Shown: positions 44,589-53,182 of the stretch, piece after piece
Layout: every line of letters begins with the position of its first letter
Position numbering within the stretch: the first letter of the stretch is position 1
Assembly: GCA_036375215.1 (NCBI GenBank)
Contig: DASUSH010000094.1
Coordinates: 1,314-65,313 of the forward strand
DNA: 64,000 nucleotides
Direction: 5' to 3'
DNA from: Solirubrobacterales bacterium
Lineage (GTDB): Bacteria > Actinomycetota > Thermoleophilia > Solirubrobacterales > 70-9
The notes under the pieces: model-generated
The model's input: only the letters and a program-made list of their open reading frames with translations
Database searches by the model: none
What the model was told of the DNA's origin: nothing
Position numbers and translations under genes: made by a program

Positions 44589-45677
44589 CTACGCCAGCAC
44601 GAAGTTGTCGCGGTGCACGGCCTCCTCGGAGGCGTGTGGCATCAGCTCGCGGACGCGGTCGGTGCGCATCCCCTTGATGCGGCCGAGCTCGTCGGCCGAG
44701 TAGTTGGCGATCCCCTTGCCGACGACCGTGCCGTCGCAGACCACCTCGACCGCGTCGCCGGCGCCGAACCGTCCCTCCACGGCGACGATCCCGACCGGGA
44801 GCAGGCTCGAGCCGCGCTCGCGCAGCACCCGCGCGGCGCCCTCGTCGACGACGACGCGGCCGCGGGCCGGCTTCGCGTAGCGCAGCCAGAGCTTGAAGCT
44901 CGGCGTCCGCTCGGGCCGGGGCTCGAACCGCGTCCCGGTGCGCTCGCCGGCGACGGCCGCGAGGAGCGTCCCGGCGGCGGTGCCGTCGCAGATCACGACC
45001 GGGATGCCGGACGCGCTCGCCATCTCCGCCGCCGCCACCTTGCTCGACATGCCGCCGAGGCCGAAGGGCGAGGTCCCCTCGCCGATCTGGAGCGTCTCGA
45101 GTTGCGCGAAGTCGGTGACCGTCTCCACCAGCTCCGCATCGGGGTCGGTGCGCGGGTCGGCGGTGTGGAGGCCGTCGACGTCGGAGAGCAGGACGAGCAG
45201 GCGCGCCTCCAGCAGGATCGCCACCTGGGCGGAGAGGAAGTCGTTGTCGCCGAACGTGATCTCGTCGGTGGCCGTGGTGTCGTTCTCGTTCACGACCGGG
45301 ACCACGCGCCACTCGAGCAGCCGCCGCAGCGTCCGCCTGGCGTTGACGTAGTTGGAGCGCGCCGCGATGTCCATCGAGGTGAGCAGCACCTGCGCCGCGT
45401 GCACGTCGCCGCGCCCGAGCCGCTCCTCGTAGGCGCGGAAGAGCGAGCCCTGGCCGACCGCCGACGCCGCCTGCAGCTCGTCGATCGCCTTCGGCCGCTC
45501 GGCGAGGCCCATCACCCGCCGCCCGCGGGCGATCGCGCCCGAGGTCACCATCGCGACGTCCTCCCCGCCCCCGTGCAGCTCGACGACCTGCGCGCAGACG
45601 GAGTCGAGCACGTCCGAGCGCAGCTCGCCGCCCTCGGCGGCGACGATCGAGGAGCCCAGCTTGGCGACGACGGTCAT
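44589..45677 (-). CDS. proB: Glutamate 5-kinase (with C-terminal PUA domain)
   Basis: 362 aa with KLGSS, VTSGAIA, NENDT, GDND.LSA and a PUA segment (LLPVGIVAVEGRFGAGDAV). Confidence 0.95.
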   Translation of the reverse strand: MTVVAKLGSSIVAAEGGELRSDVLDSVCAQVVELHGGGEDVAMVTSGAIARGRRVMGLAERPKAIDELQAASAVGQGSLFRAYEERLGRGDVHAAQVLLTSMDIAARSNYVNARRTLRRLLEWRVVPVVNENDTTATDEITFGDNDFLSAQVAILLEARLLVLLSDVDGLHTADPRTDPDAELVETVTDFAQLETLQIGEGTSPFGLGGMSSKVAAAEMASASGIPVVICDGTAAGTLLAAVAGERTGTRFEPRPERTPSFKLWLRYAKPARGRVVVDEGAARVLRERGSSLLPVGIVAVEGRFGAGDAVEVVCDGTVVGKGIANYSADELGRIKGMRTDRVRELMPHASEEAVHRDNFVLA

Positions 45678-45686
45678 TCCGCGGCC

Positions 45687-45692
45687 AGTCTA
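45687..45692 (-). promoter_or_regulatory. Candidate -10 box TAGACT, 9 nt upstream of the proB ATG
   Basis: The minus strand reads TAGACT-ggccgcgga-ATG. It lies in the 34-bp gap after the ceramidase-like gene stop (45712). Confidence 0.3.
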
Positions 45693-45711
45693 GGAATGGA
45701 CGGGTCCTGCG

Positions 45712-48372
45712 CTAGGGCGTCGAGTTGCCGCAGGCGTCGGTGACCGCGACGTCCGCGATCTGCGCCCCGGCGGGCACCCGCGCCTCGAAGCCGAGTCCCT
45801 GGTCGTCCGGCCGCGCGACCACCTCGCGGCCGCCCGCGAGCGTGATCCGCGCCTCGCCGTCGCGGACCCGCCGCGGCAGCGCCAGGATCGCCGGGCCGGG
45901 ATCCGGGTAGCGCGCGCGGACCCGCGCGACGCCACCGTCGGCGACCGCGTCGATCACCTCGAGCGGCTCCGTCGGCCCCAGCTCGAACTCGTCCGAGGTC
46001 GCGGCGTACTCCTCGGGCGCGCCGGCCGGCGCGGTCACCGCCCGCCCGGTCACGACGAACCGGTAGGTGCCGAGCGGCTCGCAGCTCGAGAACTGCCAGG
46101 TCTCGGTCCAGGCCCCGGCCTGGTTGTCGTAGACGGTCACGTCCTCCGGCCCGTCCTCGGTCCCGACCGTCACCCACTCGCCGCCCTGGAGACGCTGGAG
46201 CGAGACGAAGGTCTCCCCGCGGGTAGCGTCGACGCTCGGGTCACCCCCCTTCCAGGTGAAGCTCACGCGGTCGAACCGGCGCGCGTCGCCGGGCTCGGCG
46301 ACCACGGCGCCGGCGTCGGGCGTGGGGACCGGGTTCGCCGAGTTCGGGACGTCGAAGCCGACCGGCGCGGGCTCCGGGTCGCTCGCCGGCGCCTCGCCAC
46401 CGCCCACGACCGCCGGCACGAGCGAGGTGGCCGTGTCGCGCAGCAGCGGGCCCTGGTGGCGGCCGAACAGCGTGAAGCTGCCCTCGTACGCGCAGGCGTC
46501 GTACTCCTCCGGGGTCGAGGTGTAGGAGAGGTAGCCGTTGGAGAGCCCGGCGATCACGGTGCCGTCGAGCTCGCCGCCGGCCGCGTCGGTCACGGCCGCG
46601 GAGATCCTCCGCCCCATCTGCGTCGTGATCTCGAACGGCATCGCCGCGATCGCGGTGTCGCCGATCCGCAGCAGCGAGATCGGGGCGGTCTGCGGCACGA
46701 GCCCCACGCCCGCGATCAGCGGGAACTTCGCGCCCTGGCCCGGGCCAGCGACGTTCTCGACCGGCGAGCAGAAGCCCTCCTGGACGATGCCCGCGCCGAG
46801 CGCCGTGATCGGCCCGACCGGCATGCCGTCGGCCTCGTCGCCGTCGAACAGCTTGAAGACCTGGTGCGCCTCGAGCTCGAGGTCGCCCGCGAGGTGGCCG
46901 CCCGCGTCCTCCCACGCCGCCACGATCCCGCCGGCGACCTTCAACCCCGTCATGTTCGCGCTGGCGGCGGAGCTGTTCACGTAGTCGAGCGGCTCACCGT
47001 CGGGCGCGGGCGAGCCGCCGTTCGGGCTGACGTCGCCCTCGGCCCCGTTCGACCAGACGAGGGTGCCGCCGACCTCGTCCTCGACGAGCCGCTCGGTGGT
47101 GGCGGCGTTATCGCCCGAGAACAGCAGATTGGAGTCGCCGAACGAGGTCGGGTGAACAGCGAAGTTCGACCACGTCCCGATCGGCGCGCCGTCGGTCCCG
47201 TCGGCCCGGACCACGGTCACGGTCCGGTTCAGCTTCAGCTCCTGCTCGCGCGCGTCGGGCACGTCCTCGTTGCGCTGGAACGCCTCGAAGGCGCGGTTGT
47301 TGGAGGCGCCGTCGAGCTCGCTCGTGCCGAGCCCGACCCGCGCCGGCTCGAGCGACCGGTCGGCCTCGACGATCGCCTCGGCGATGCCGTCGGCGGTGAT
47401 GCCGAACACGCGCGGGTCGAAGAAGTCGCCGCCGAGTGCCTGGTAGCCCAGGTTGTCCGCCGGCCAGATCGGCCCGGTGGCCGAGTGGCTGTGGGTGGCC
47501 GAGATCACGATGTGGTCGGCGGCGATCCCCGTGGCGGCGATCCGGTCCTGGACCGCCTGGACCAGCGCGTACGGGAGCCCGCCGAGGTCCGCCTGGACGA
47601 GCGCGAACTTCTCGCCCTCGCGCTCGATCACGATCGCGCTCGCGCGCAGCCGGGTGTGGATCCCCTCGCTGGGCTCGAAGGTCTTCGCGTAGAGGTTTTG
47701 GTCGGGCGCCGGGTCCGCGACGACCTGCATCGCGTCCTCGGGGCTCTGCGGCGGGTCCGCGACCCGCGAGCGCGCGGTGTACGCGAACATCGGCGTCCCG
47801 ACGGGCGGGGTGATGTCGGCGACCGCCGCGCCGGCCTTCAGCTTGGTGGGCCCGGGCTCCGGGTCGGGATCGGGATCGGGCCCCGGTCCGGGGCCGGGCG
47901 CGCCAGGGCCGGGCGCGGGCAGCGCGCCGTCACCGCCGCCCTCGCCGGGGCGCTGGCAGAGGTCCTGGTCGGCGGCGAGCGGCCGCTGCGCGGCATCGCC
48001 GCGCGTGCCGCCGCGCCCGCCGTCGTCGACCTTGGCCCGGACGGTGATCGTGAGGAGCTCGCAGCGCGCGCTGGCGCCCTCGAGCGCGGCGCGGCCGGGG
48101 GCGGTGAGCGGCAGGAGCGCGTTGCGCGAGCCGCCCTTGGCGAAGCGCACGCGCTCGCGCCCGCTGAGGCGCCGGGTGCCGGGCGCGCTTGCGGTGAGCT
48201 CGACGCGCGCCGGCTCGGCGACGCGGACCCGCACGGCGATCGTGCCGGTCGCGAGCGCCTTGCCCTGGTCGGCGGTCTTGATCTTCACGGCGTCGGCGGC
48301 GGCCGAGGCGCCCGCCGGCGCGAGGAGGAGCGCGGTAGCCGCGATGGCGGCGGTGGTCGCTCGGCGGCGCAT
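45712..48372 (-). CDS. Secreted neutral/alkaline ceramidase-family protein with extra N-terminal domain
   Basis: 886 aa with a signal peptide (ALLLAPAGASAAA), an N-terminal domain of about 130 aa and a GPGPDPDPDPEPGP linker. Ceramidase signatures follow: ADITPPVGTPM, ATHSHSATGP and EGDVSPN, then a C-terminal beta-domain (FTWKGG...GTYRFVVTG). The ATG overlaps the upstream TGA (ATGA at 48370-48374). Confidence 0.8.
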   Translation of the reverse strand: MRRRATTAAIAATALLLAPAGASAAADAVKIKTADQGKALATGTIAVRVRVAEPARVELTASAPGTRRLSGRERVRFAKGGSRNALLPLTAPGRAALEGASARCELLTITVRAKVDDGGRGGTRGDAAQRPLAADQDLCQRPGEGGGDGALPAPGPGAPGPGPGPDPDPDPEPGPTKLKAGAAVADITPPVGTPMFAYTARSRVADPPQSPEDAMQVVADPAPDQNLYAKTFEPSEGIHTRLRASAIVIEREGEKFALVQADLGGLPYALVQAVQDRIAATGIAADHIVISATHSHSATGPIWPADNLGYQALGGDFFDPRVFGITADGIAEAIVEADRSLEPARVGLGTSELDGASNNRAFEAFQRNEDVPDAREQELKLNRTVTVVRADGTDGAPIGTWSNFAVHPTSFGDSNLLFSGDNAATTERLVEDEVGGTLVWSNGAEGDVSPNGGSPAPDGEPLDYVNSSAASANMTGLKVAGGIVAAWEDAGGHLAGDLELEAHQVFKLFDGDEADGMPVGPITALGAGIVQEGFCSPVENVAGPGQGAKFPLIAGVGLVPQTAPISLLRIGDTAIAAMPFEITTQMGRRISAAVTDAAGGELDGTVIAGLSNGYLSYTSTPEEYDACAYEGSFTLFGRHQGPLLRDTATSLVPAVVGGGEAPASDPEPAPVGFDVPNSANPVPTPDAGAVVAEPGDARRFDRVSFTWKGGDPSVDATRGETFVSLQRLQGGEWVTVGTEDGPEDVTVYDNQAGAWTETWQFSSCEPLGTYRFVVTGRAVTAPAGAPEEYAATSDEFELGPTEPLEVIDAVADGGVARVRARYPDPGPAILALPRRVRDGEARITLAGGREVVARPDDQGLGFEARVPAGAQIADVAVTDACGNSTP

Positions 48373-51300
48373 CAGCCCCGCCCCCTGACTTTCTCGCAGC
48401 CGGTGACGGTGTCGGCGCGGTCGGCGCGGGCGACGTCGCCCTTGCCCGGCCCGCAGGCGATCTCGTCGGCGCCGGCGCCGCCGGCGATCACGTCGTTCCC
48501 GGGGCCGCCGGTCAGGCGGTCGTCGCCGCCCTTGCCGGAGATGCGGTCGTCGCCGCGGCCGCCGGCGATGCAGTCGTCGCCGGCCGTCCCCTCGAGGCGC
48601 TCGTCGCGGCGCGTGCCGCGGGTGCAGGCCGGTGGCACCGTGCCGGGCCCGGGGAGCGGTCCGGCCGCGCCGTCGTCGCCGGCGTTCGGCAGGGTGCCGT
48701 CGCCGCCGGTGTCGCCTGGCGGCGGGTCCCCTGGCGGCGGGTCCCCTGGCGGCGGGTCGGCCGGCGGCGGCTCCTCGGTCGGCGGGTCGCCGAAGCAGGC
48801 CTCGGTCGCGGCCGGCGGCTCCGCCGCGGCGCCGACGGCCGTCACCGACCCGGCGCCGTTGAAGTTCCCGTACTCGTCCTCGACGCAGCCCGCGCCGACG
48901 AAGGCGCTCTCGCCCTCGCCGAGCGCCCGCTCGGTCACCCAGCGGTCGCCCTGCCGCGTCGCCGCCACGTCCTCGGCCTCGCCGCCGGCGCCGACGAACG
49001 TGACCCGCGCGCGGGCCGCCTCGCCGGAGTCGAGCCAGGGCCGGAACGAGCAGGTGAAGCAGAATGTCTCGGACTCGCCGCGGGCGGTCAGCGTCGTGCG
49101 CTCGTCGCGGATGAACTGCGCGGCGCGCGGGTCACCCGCGTAGCTGTCCGGGTAGTCGACCGACCCGGTCGCGCCCTCGGCGCTCGGCTCGGGCCCCGTG
49201 GCGGCGAAGCTCACTGTCCCGCCGGGATCGGCGCGCAGGTCGCTCACCGTGATCCCGTCCCACGGCAGCACCTCGAAGGTCTTCGACTCGATCTCGTACG
49301 GGACAACGGCGCCGCCCTCGCGCCGCTCGCCGGCGACGACGAACTTGTAGGTGCCCGCCGGGGTGGCGCGCTCGGGCCGGCCCACGTCGAACGGCGCGAC
49401 GAAGGCCTCGAAGTGCGCGGTCCAGCGCCACTCCTGCTGCCCGGCCGCGTAGCCGGGCGCCGACTCCAGGCCGCTCGGGAACTCGACCGTGACCGGCAGC
49501 TCGCCGGACTGGTCGGCCCACTGCTCCCAGCCGTCCGCGGTGCGGCGCAGCACCTGGACCTCCGGGTCGTCGGTGTAGTTGGAGCCGCCGACCCAGGTGA
49601 AGAAGGTCGCGTCGAAGCGCTCGACGTCCTCGGGCTGGCCGTCCTCGGTCGCGCCGGCCTCGCCGCCGTCGTCGGGCAGCGCGGCCTCGTAGGCCTCAAT
49701 CGCGGCGGTGCCGGCGTCGCCGAGCGCCTGCGCGCGCACGTCGTTGATCGCCTGGTCGGCCTCGGCCTTCGCCGCGAGCGCCTGCTCCTGGACCTGGTCG
49801 GTCGGGAGCTCGACGTCGGCGTCCTTGAGCTGGCGGCCGAGGGTGACGAGGCGGGAGGCCATGTAGTCGCTCGAGTGCGGGCCCCAGCCGGTCAGCGCCT
49901 TGCGGTAGTGGTCGCCGCGCTGGTATTCGCGATAGCTCGCGATGTAGCCGTTGTAGTCGTTCGCCATCGAGATCGGCACGGTCAGCGTGTAGCCGAGTGC
50001 CGCCGATGTGTCGTCGTCGTCGTGACTGAAGTTGCCCTTGATCTCGGTGACCTCGGTCGGCTCGGACTCGGCGGTCAGCACGTTCTCCGCGTCGTTCCAG
50101 CCATTCGCCGGGTTCAGGACCTGCGCCCGCATCCGGCGGAGCTCGTGGTCGGACACCGGCGGCAGCGTCTGCGCGGGATCGCCGGGGTTGGGGCAGTCCC
50201 AGGTGCCGGTGCCGCTCGCTCCGGGCTCGTCGTAGGGCCGGTAGGTGCCGTCGCCGCGCTTCGTGCAGCGCGCGCCCCAGTCGTAGCCCAACCACTCGTC
50301 GCCGGCGACCGTGTTCGTCCGCGTCTCGATGTTCTTCGACTGGTCGAACCACTGCTCGCAGGAGCAGATCGGCAGGTAGATCTCGCCGAGCCGGATCCCC
50401 TGGAGGTGGATGTCGATGTCCTCCTCGAGCCCGGTGTACGCCGGCGCCGAGTAGTTCTCCGGCACCGGGATGCCGAGCTCCTGGAAGTCGTCGGTGGTGA
50501 GGCCGGGGTCGCCGTCCTGGTCGGCGGGCGGCACGTCGGGCAGGCCGAGCGCGTCGGAGAAGCTCGAGAGGCCGCCCGGCAGGCGCTGGCAGTCGGGCAG
50601 GCCCGCGATCGGGACGCCGGCCGCGTCGCCGAGCACCGAATCGGTGCGGCAGTTCGAGACGCCGGGGTACGGGTGCGAGAACGGGCCCGGGAACCAGCGA
50701 TCGGACATCTGAACGGGGACGTCGGAGGCGAACGGGACGAACCGCTCGGGGTCGTCCGGGGTTCCCGCCTCGACGTCGCGCCAGACGTCGACGACCTTCT
50801 TCGACATCAGGCTGGCGCCGTACTCGGCCTGGGCGTAGTCGCGGTGGGTGAACTCGAGCCGCTCGTGGAGCGAGTGGTAGGTCGAGCGCTCGGGCTCGGC
50901 CGTGCCGACGGCGCCCTGGGTGTAGACGGTGAGCGCGCCGGTGGCGCGGTCGGTCATCCGCTCGAGCGGCGCGACGTAGTCGCCGGAGAGCAGGTCGTTG
51001 CCCTCGAGGAACTCGGGGTGCAGGCTGAAGTTGACGAGGTTCGCGAGCGGCTTGCCGTCGAGCGTGTCGAACCGGATCACGGTCAGGTCGTGGTCGGTCT
51101 CGTCGTTCGGGTAGCCCGCCGGCGTGCCGTCGTCGGCGACGGCGGGGCCGAACGAGTGGCGGTGGGTCTTGTCGAAGGAGCCGACCGAGGCGCCGACGCG
51201 CACCGGCTCGCGCGCGGCGCAGGCCTTCACGACTGCCTCCGCGATGCGCTCGGCGAGGTAGTTGTAGAAGCGGACGTCGAAGACGTCCTGGAACGCCCAG

Positions 51301-51872
51301 ACGCCCCACGAGGTCGACGAGTACATCGGCGACGAGTGGTTGTGCGTCGCGGTCATCGTCAGCGTCTCGCGCGTGACCGGGCAGTCCGCGGTGCCGCCCG
51401 TCGCCTCCTGCGTGAGCGCGCGCTGCTCGAGGATCTGCGCGGCGCGGCGGTAGAGCAGGTCCTGGGGCACGTACTGGTTCGTCTTGACGATCGCGACCGG
51501 CGCCCCCTCGCCGCCGTCGATGACGAGCGCGCGCACGTCGAGGCGCGACTGGAGGCCGTAGGAATTCTCCCGCCGAGTGGAGTGGGCCGTCGGGTCGTAG
51601 GTGCCGTCGCTGGGGTCGACGCCGAAGGCGCAGGCGTGCTCGGCGGTGGCCTCGGCCGCGCCGGCCGGGTCGCCGTCCTCGAGCGAGCCCTGGGTCTCCT
51701 CGGCGCCGTCGGTGAGGCAGTCGCCGGCGTACTGGCCGGCGGCGGCGCCGACGTGCCACGAGGCGTCGACCTTCGCGGCCCCCGCCGTGACCTGGGCCTG
51801 CGCCGTGCCGGCGCCGAACATCAGCGCGGTCGCGATCAGCCCTGCCAGCGTGCCTGTGAGCTTCCTTGTCAC
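48372..51872 (-). CDS. Secreted divergent ceramidase-fold paralog with RTX-type Cys-bracketed C-terminal module
   Basis: GTG at 51872 lies 7 nt after a GGGAGGAG Shine-Dalgarno sequence. The signal peptide is VTRKLTGTLAGLIATALMFGAGTAQA. It carries MTATHNHSSP and a ceramidase-like C-terminal beta-domain (FTWVGG...GTYKFVVAG), but GDVSPN is replaced by GAVGTAEP. The tail has PPGD repeats and GGxGxD nonapeptides ending CGPGKGD...GCEKVRGRG. Confidence 0.72.
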   Translation of the reverse strand: MTRKLTGTLAGLIATALMFGAGTAQAQVTAGAAKVDASWHVGAAAGQYAGDCLTDGAEETQGSLEDGDPAGAAEATAEHACAFGVDPSDGTYDPTAHSTRRENSYGLQSRLDVRALVIDGGEGAPVAIVKTNQYVPQDLLYRRAAQILEQRALTQEATGGTADCPVTRETLTMTATHNHSSPMYSSTSWGVWAFQDVFDVRFYNYLAERIAEAVVKACAAREPVRVGASVGSFDKTHRHSFGPAVADDGTPAGYPNDETDHDLTVIRFDTLDGKPLANLVNFSLHPEFLEGNDLLSGDYVAPLERMTDRATGALTVYTQGAVGTAEPERSTYHSLHERLEFTHRDYAQAEYGASLMSKKVVDVWRDVEAGTPDDPERFVPFASDVPVQMSDRWFPGPFSHPYPGVSNCRTDSVLGDAAGVPIAGLPDCQRLPGGLSSFSDALGLPDVPPADQDGDPGLTTDDFQELGIPVPENYSAPAYTGLEEDIDIHLQGIRLGEIYLPICSCEQWFDQSKNIETRTNTVAGDEWLGYDWGARCTKRGDGTYRPYDEPGASGTGTWDCPNPGDPAQTLPPVSDHELRRMRAQVLNPANGWNDAENVLTAESEPTEVTEIKGNFSHDDDDTSAALGYTLTVPISMANDYNGYIASYREYQRGDHYRKALTGWGPHSSDYMASRLVTLGRQLKDADVELPTDQVQEQALAAKAEADQAINDVRAQALGDAGTAAIEAYEAALPDDGGEAGATEDGQPEDVERFDATFFTWVGGSNYTDDPEVQVLRRTADGWEQWADQSGELPVTVEFPSGLESAPGYAAGQQEWRWTAHFEAFVAPFDVGRPERATPAGTYKFVVAGERREGGAVVPYEIESKTFEVLPWDGITVSDLRADPGGTVSFAATGPEPSAEGATGSVDYPDSYAGDPRAAQFIRDERTTLTARGESETFCFTCSFRPWLDSGEAARARVTFVGAGGEAEDVAATRQGDRWVTERALGEGESAFVGAGCVEDEYGNFNGAGSVTAVGAAAEPPAATEACFGDPPTEEPPPADPPPGDPPPGDPPPGDTGGDGTLPNAGDDGAAGPLPGPGTVPPACTRGTRRDERLEGTAGDDCIAGGRGDDRISGKGGDDRLTGGPGNDVIAGGAGADEIACGPGKGDVARADRADTVTGCEKVRGRG

Positions 51873-51943
51873 CGAGTCACTCCTCCCTGGAAACGAAGCT
51901 CTCGCTCTCACGAACGGACCGACGCGGCGAGGATCACGCCGCC

Positions 51944-53182
51944 TCACCTCTGCACGAAGATCGCCGAGGTGAGCGCGAGCGCCCCGACCGTGTTGCGGCA
52001 GTAGGTCGTGCTCGAGCCGAAGAGCTCGTCGCAGGCGGCCTCGCGCGCCGCCCGCCCGTCGCCCACGTTCAGCTCGGCCCGCACCCAGGTCGCCCAGGCC
52101 GGGACGGTGAAGCCGCGCTTGTACCTCCCCGCGCCGACCGTGCTCTCGGACCCGATCTGCCGCCCGCCGGCGCCGACCAGGCGGAGCTTCGCCCCGGGCG
52201 CGCCCTCGACCCGCACGCGAAACGCGCCCGAGCGCGGCGCCGCGTCGCCCGCCATCGACTCGAAGCGGCCGTCCCGATCCGCGTCCGCCTCGAGGAAGAG
52301 CCGCGGACCACCCAGGTTCGGCGGCTGGTGGCTCACGAAGGTGTGGCCGCGGCGGAGGCCCGCGAGGACGCCGGCGGCGGTGCGCTCCTCTGCGTAGACC
52401 CAGGTCGTCGGCTGCCCGGCGCCCTGGATCGGCGTGGTCGCGACGTAGTGGTTGTCGGAGCCGCCCGTCACCGCCACCCGCTCGCCCGCGTCGAGGAAGC
52501 CCTCCCAGAAGCGGATCGCCGTGTCGTTGTCGGACGCCGAGGGCAGGGGCGGCTGGTAGAGCCGCGAGATGTTCCAGACCTCGACGGTGTCCGGCACGAC
52601 CTCGTGGCCGAGCTTCCAGTCGAGCTCGGCGCCGGTCGCGCCCTCCGCGGGGTGGTTGATCTGGAAGACCCCGTCTAGGGGCGGCGCGCGCAGCTCGTCG
52701 GCGGCCGCCTGGACCGCCGGCGCGCTCGAGCCGGAGCCGACGAGGCGCGTCGCGCCCAGCATCTGCGCGTGGCCGTCGAGCGAGTTCTCGTATGCCGGGA
52801 CGCCGATCACCCCGTCGTCCGGCCCCGGCCAGCCCGGGTCGGACTGCGAGCGGACGTCGTTGTGGTCGGTGATCGCGAGGAAGTCGAGGCCGCGTGACTC
52901 CGCCACCGCGAACTGGCTCGCCACCGAGTGGCCGAGCGTGAAGGCCTCCTCGGGGCCGGTGTTGTCGTCGCCCGGCCCCCCGAAGGAGTCGTGCGAGTAG
53001 GTCGTGTGCACGTGCAGGTCACCGGCGAGCCACTCGCCGGCGAACGCGGGTCCGGCCGTGGCCACCCCGAGCGCGAGCGCGGCAGCGAACGCCGCAACCC
53101 CCGCGAAGATCCCCCTCCTCGCGCGCATCCCGGCCGGGAGGCTAGACGCGGGCGCCGCCGCGCGCGCCGGTTCGCGCCTCAT
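51944..53182 (-). CDS. Secreted PHP-domain metallohydrolase (CehA/McbA-like) with twin-arginine-type signal
   Basis: 412-aa ORF. PHP motifs are GDLHVHTTYSHDS, FLAITDHND, INHP and GGSDNHY. The signal MRARRGIFAGVAAFAAALALGVATAGPAFA has an RR-x-F Tat-like motif. The ATG at 53182 overlaps the upstream TGA (ATGA), and an alternative ATG lies at 53128. Confidence 0.8.
   Translation of the reverse strand: MRREPARAAAPASSLPAGMRARRGIFAGVAAFAAALALGVATAGPAFAGEWLAGDLHVHTTYSHDSFGGPGDDNTGPEEAFTLGHSVASQFAVAESRGLDFLAITDHNDVRSQSDPGWPGPDDGVIGVPAYENSLDGHAQMLGATRLVGSGSSAPAVQAAADELRAPPLDGVFQINHPAEGATGAELDWKLGHEVVPDTVEVWNISRLYQPPLPSASDNDTAIRFWEGFLDAGERVAVTGGSDNHYVATTPIQGAGQPTTWVYAEERTAAGVLAGLRRGHTFVSHQPPNLGGPRLFLEADADRDGRFESMAGDAAPRSGAFRVRVEGAPGAKLRLVGAGGRQIGSESTVGAGRYKRGFTVPAWATWVRAELNVGDGRAAREAACDELFGSSTTYCRNTVGALALTSAIFVQR

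Noticed and set aside
48372-48640. RTX repeats as evidence for a type I secretion system substrate
   Set aside because: No ABC/MFP/OMP secretion genes are in the window. The proteins have N-terminal Sec signals. The tails end in a Cys-containing CE.VR motif rather than a typical T1SS C-terminal signal. I treat the tail as an anchoring or stability module of unknown function instead.
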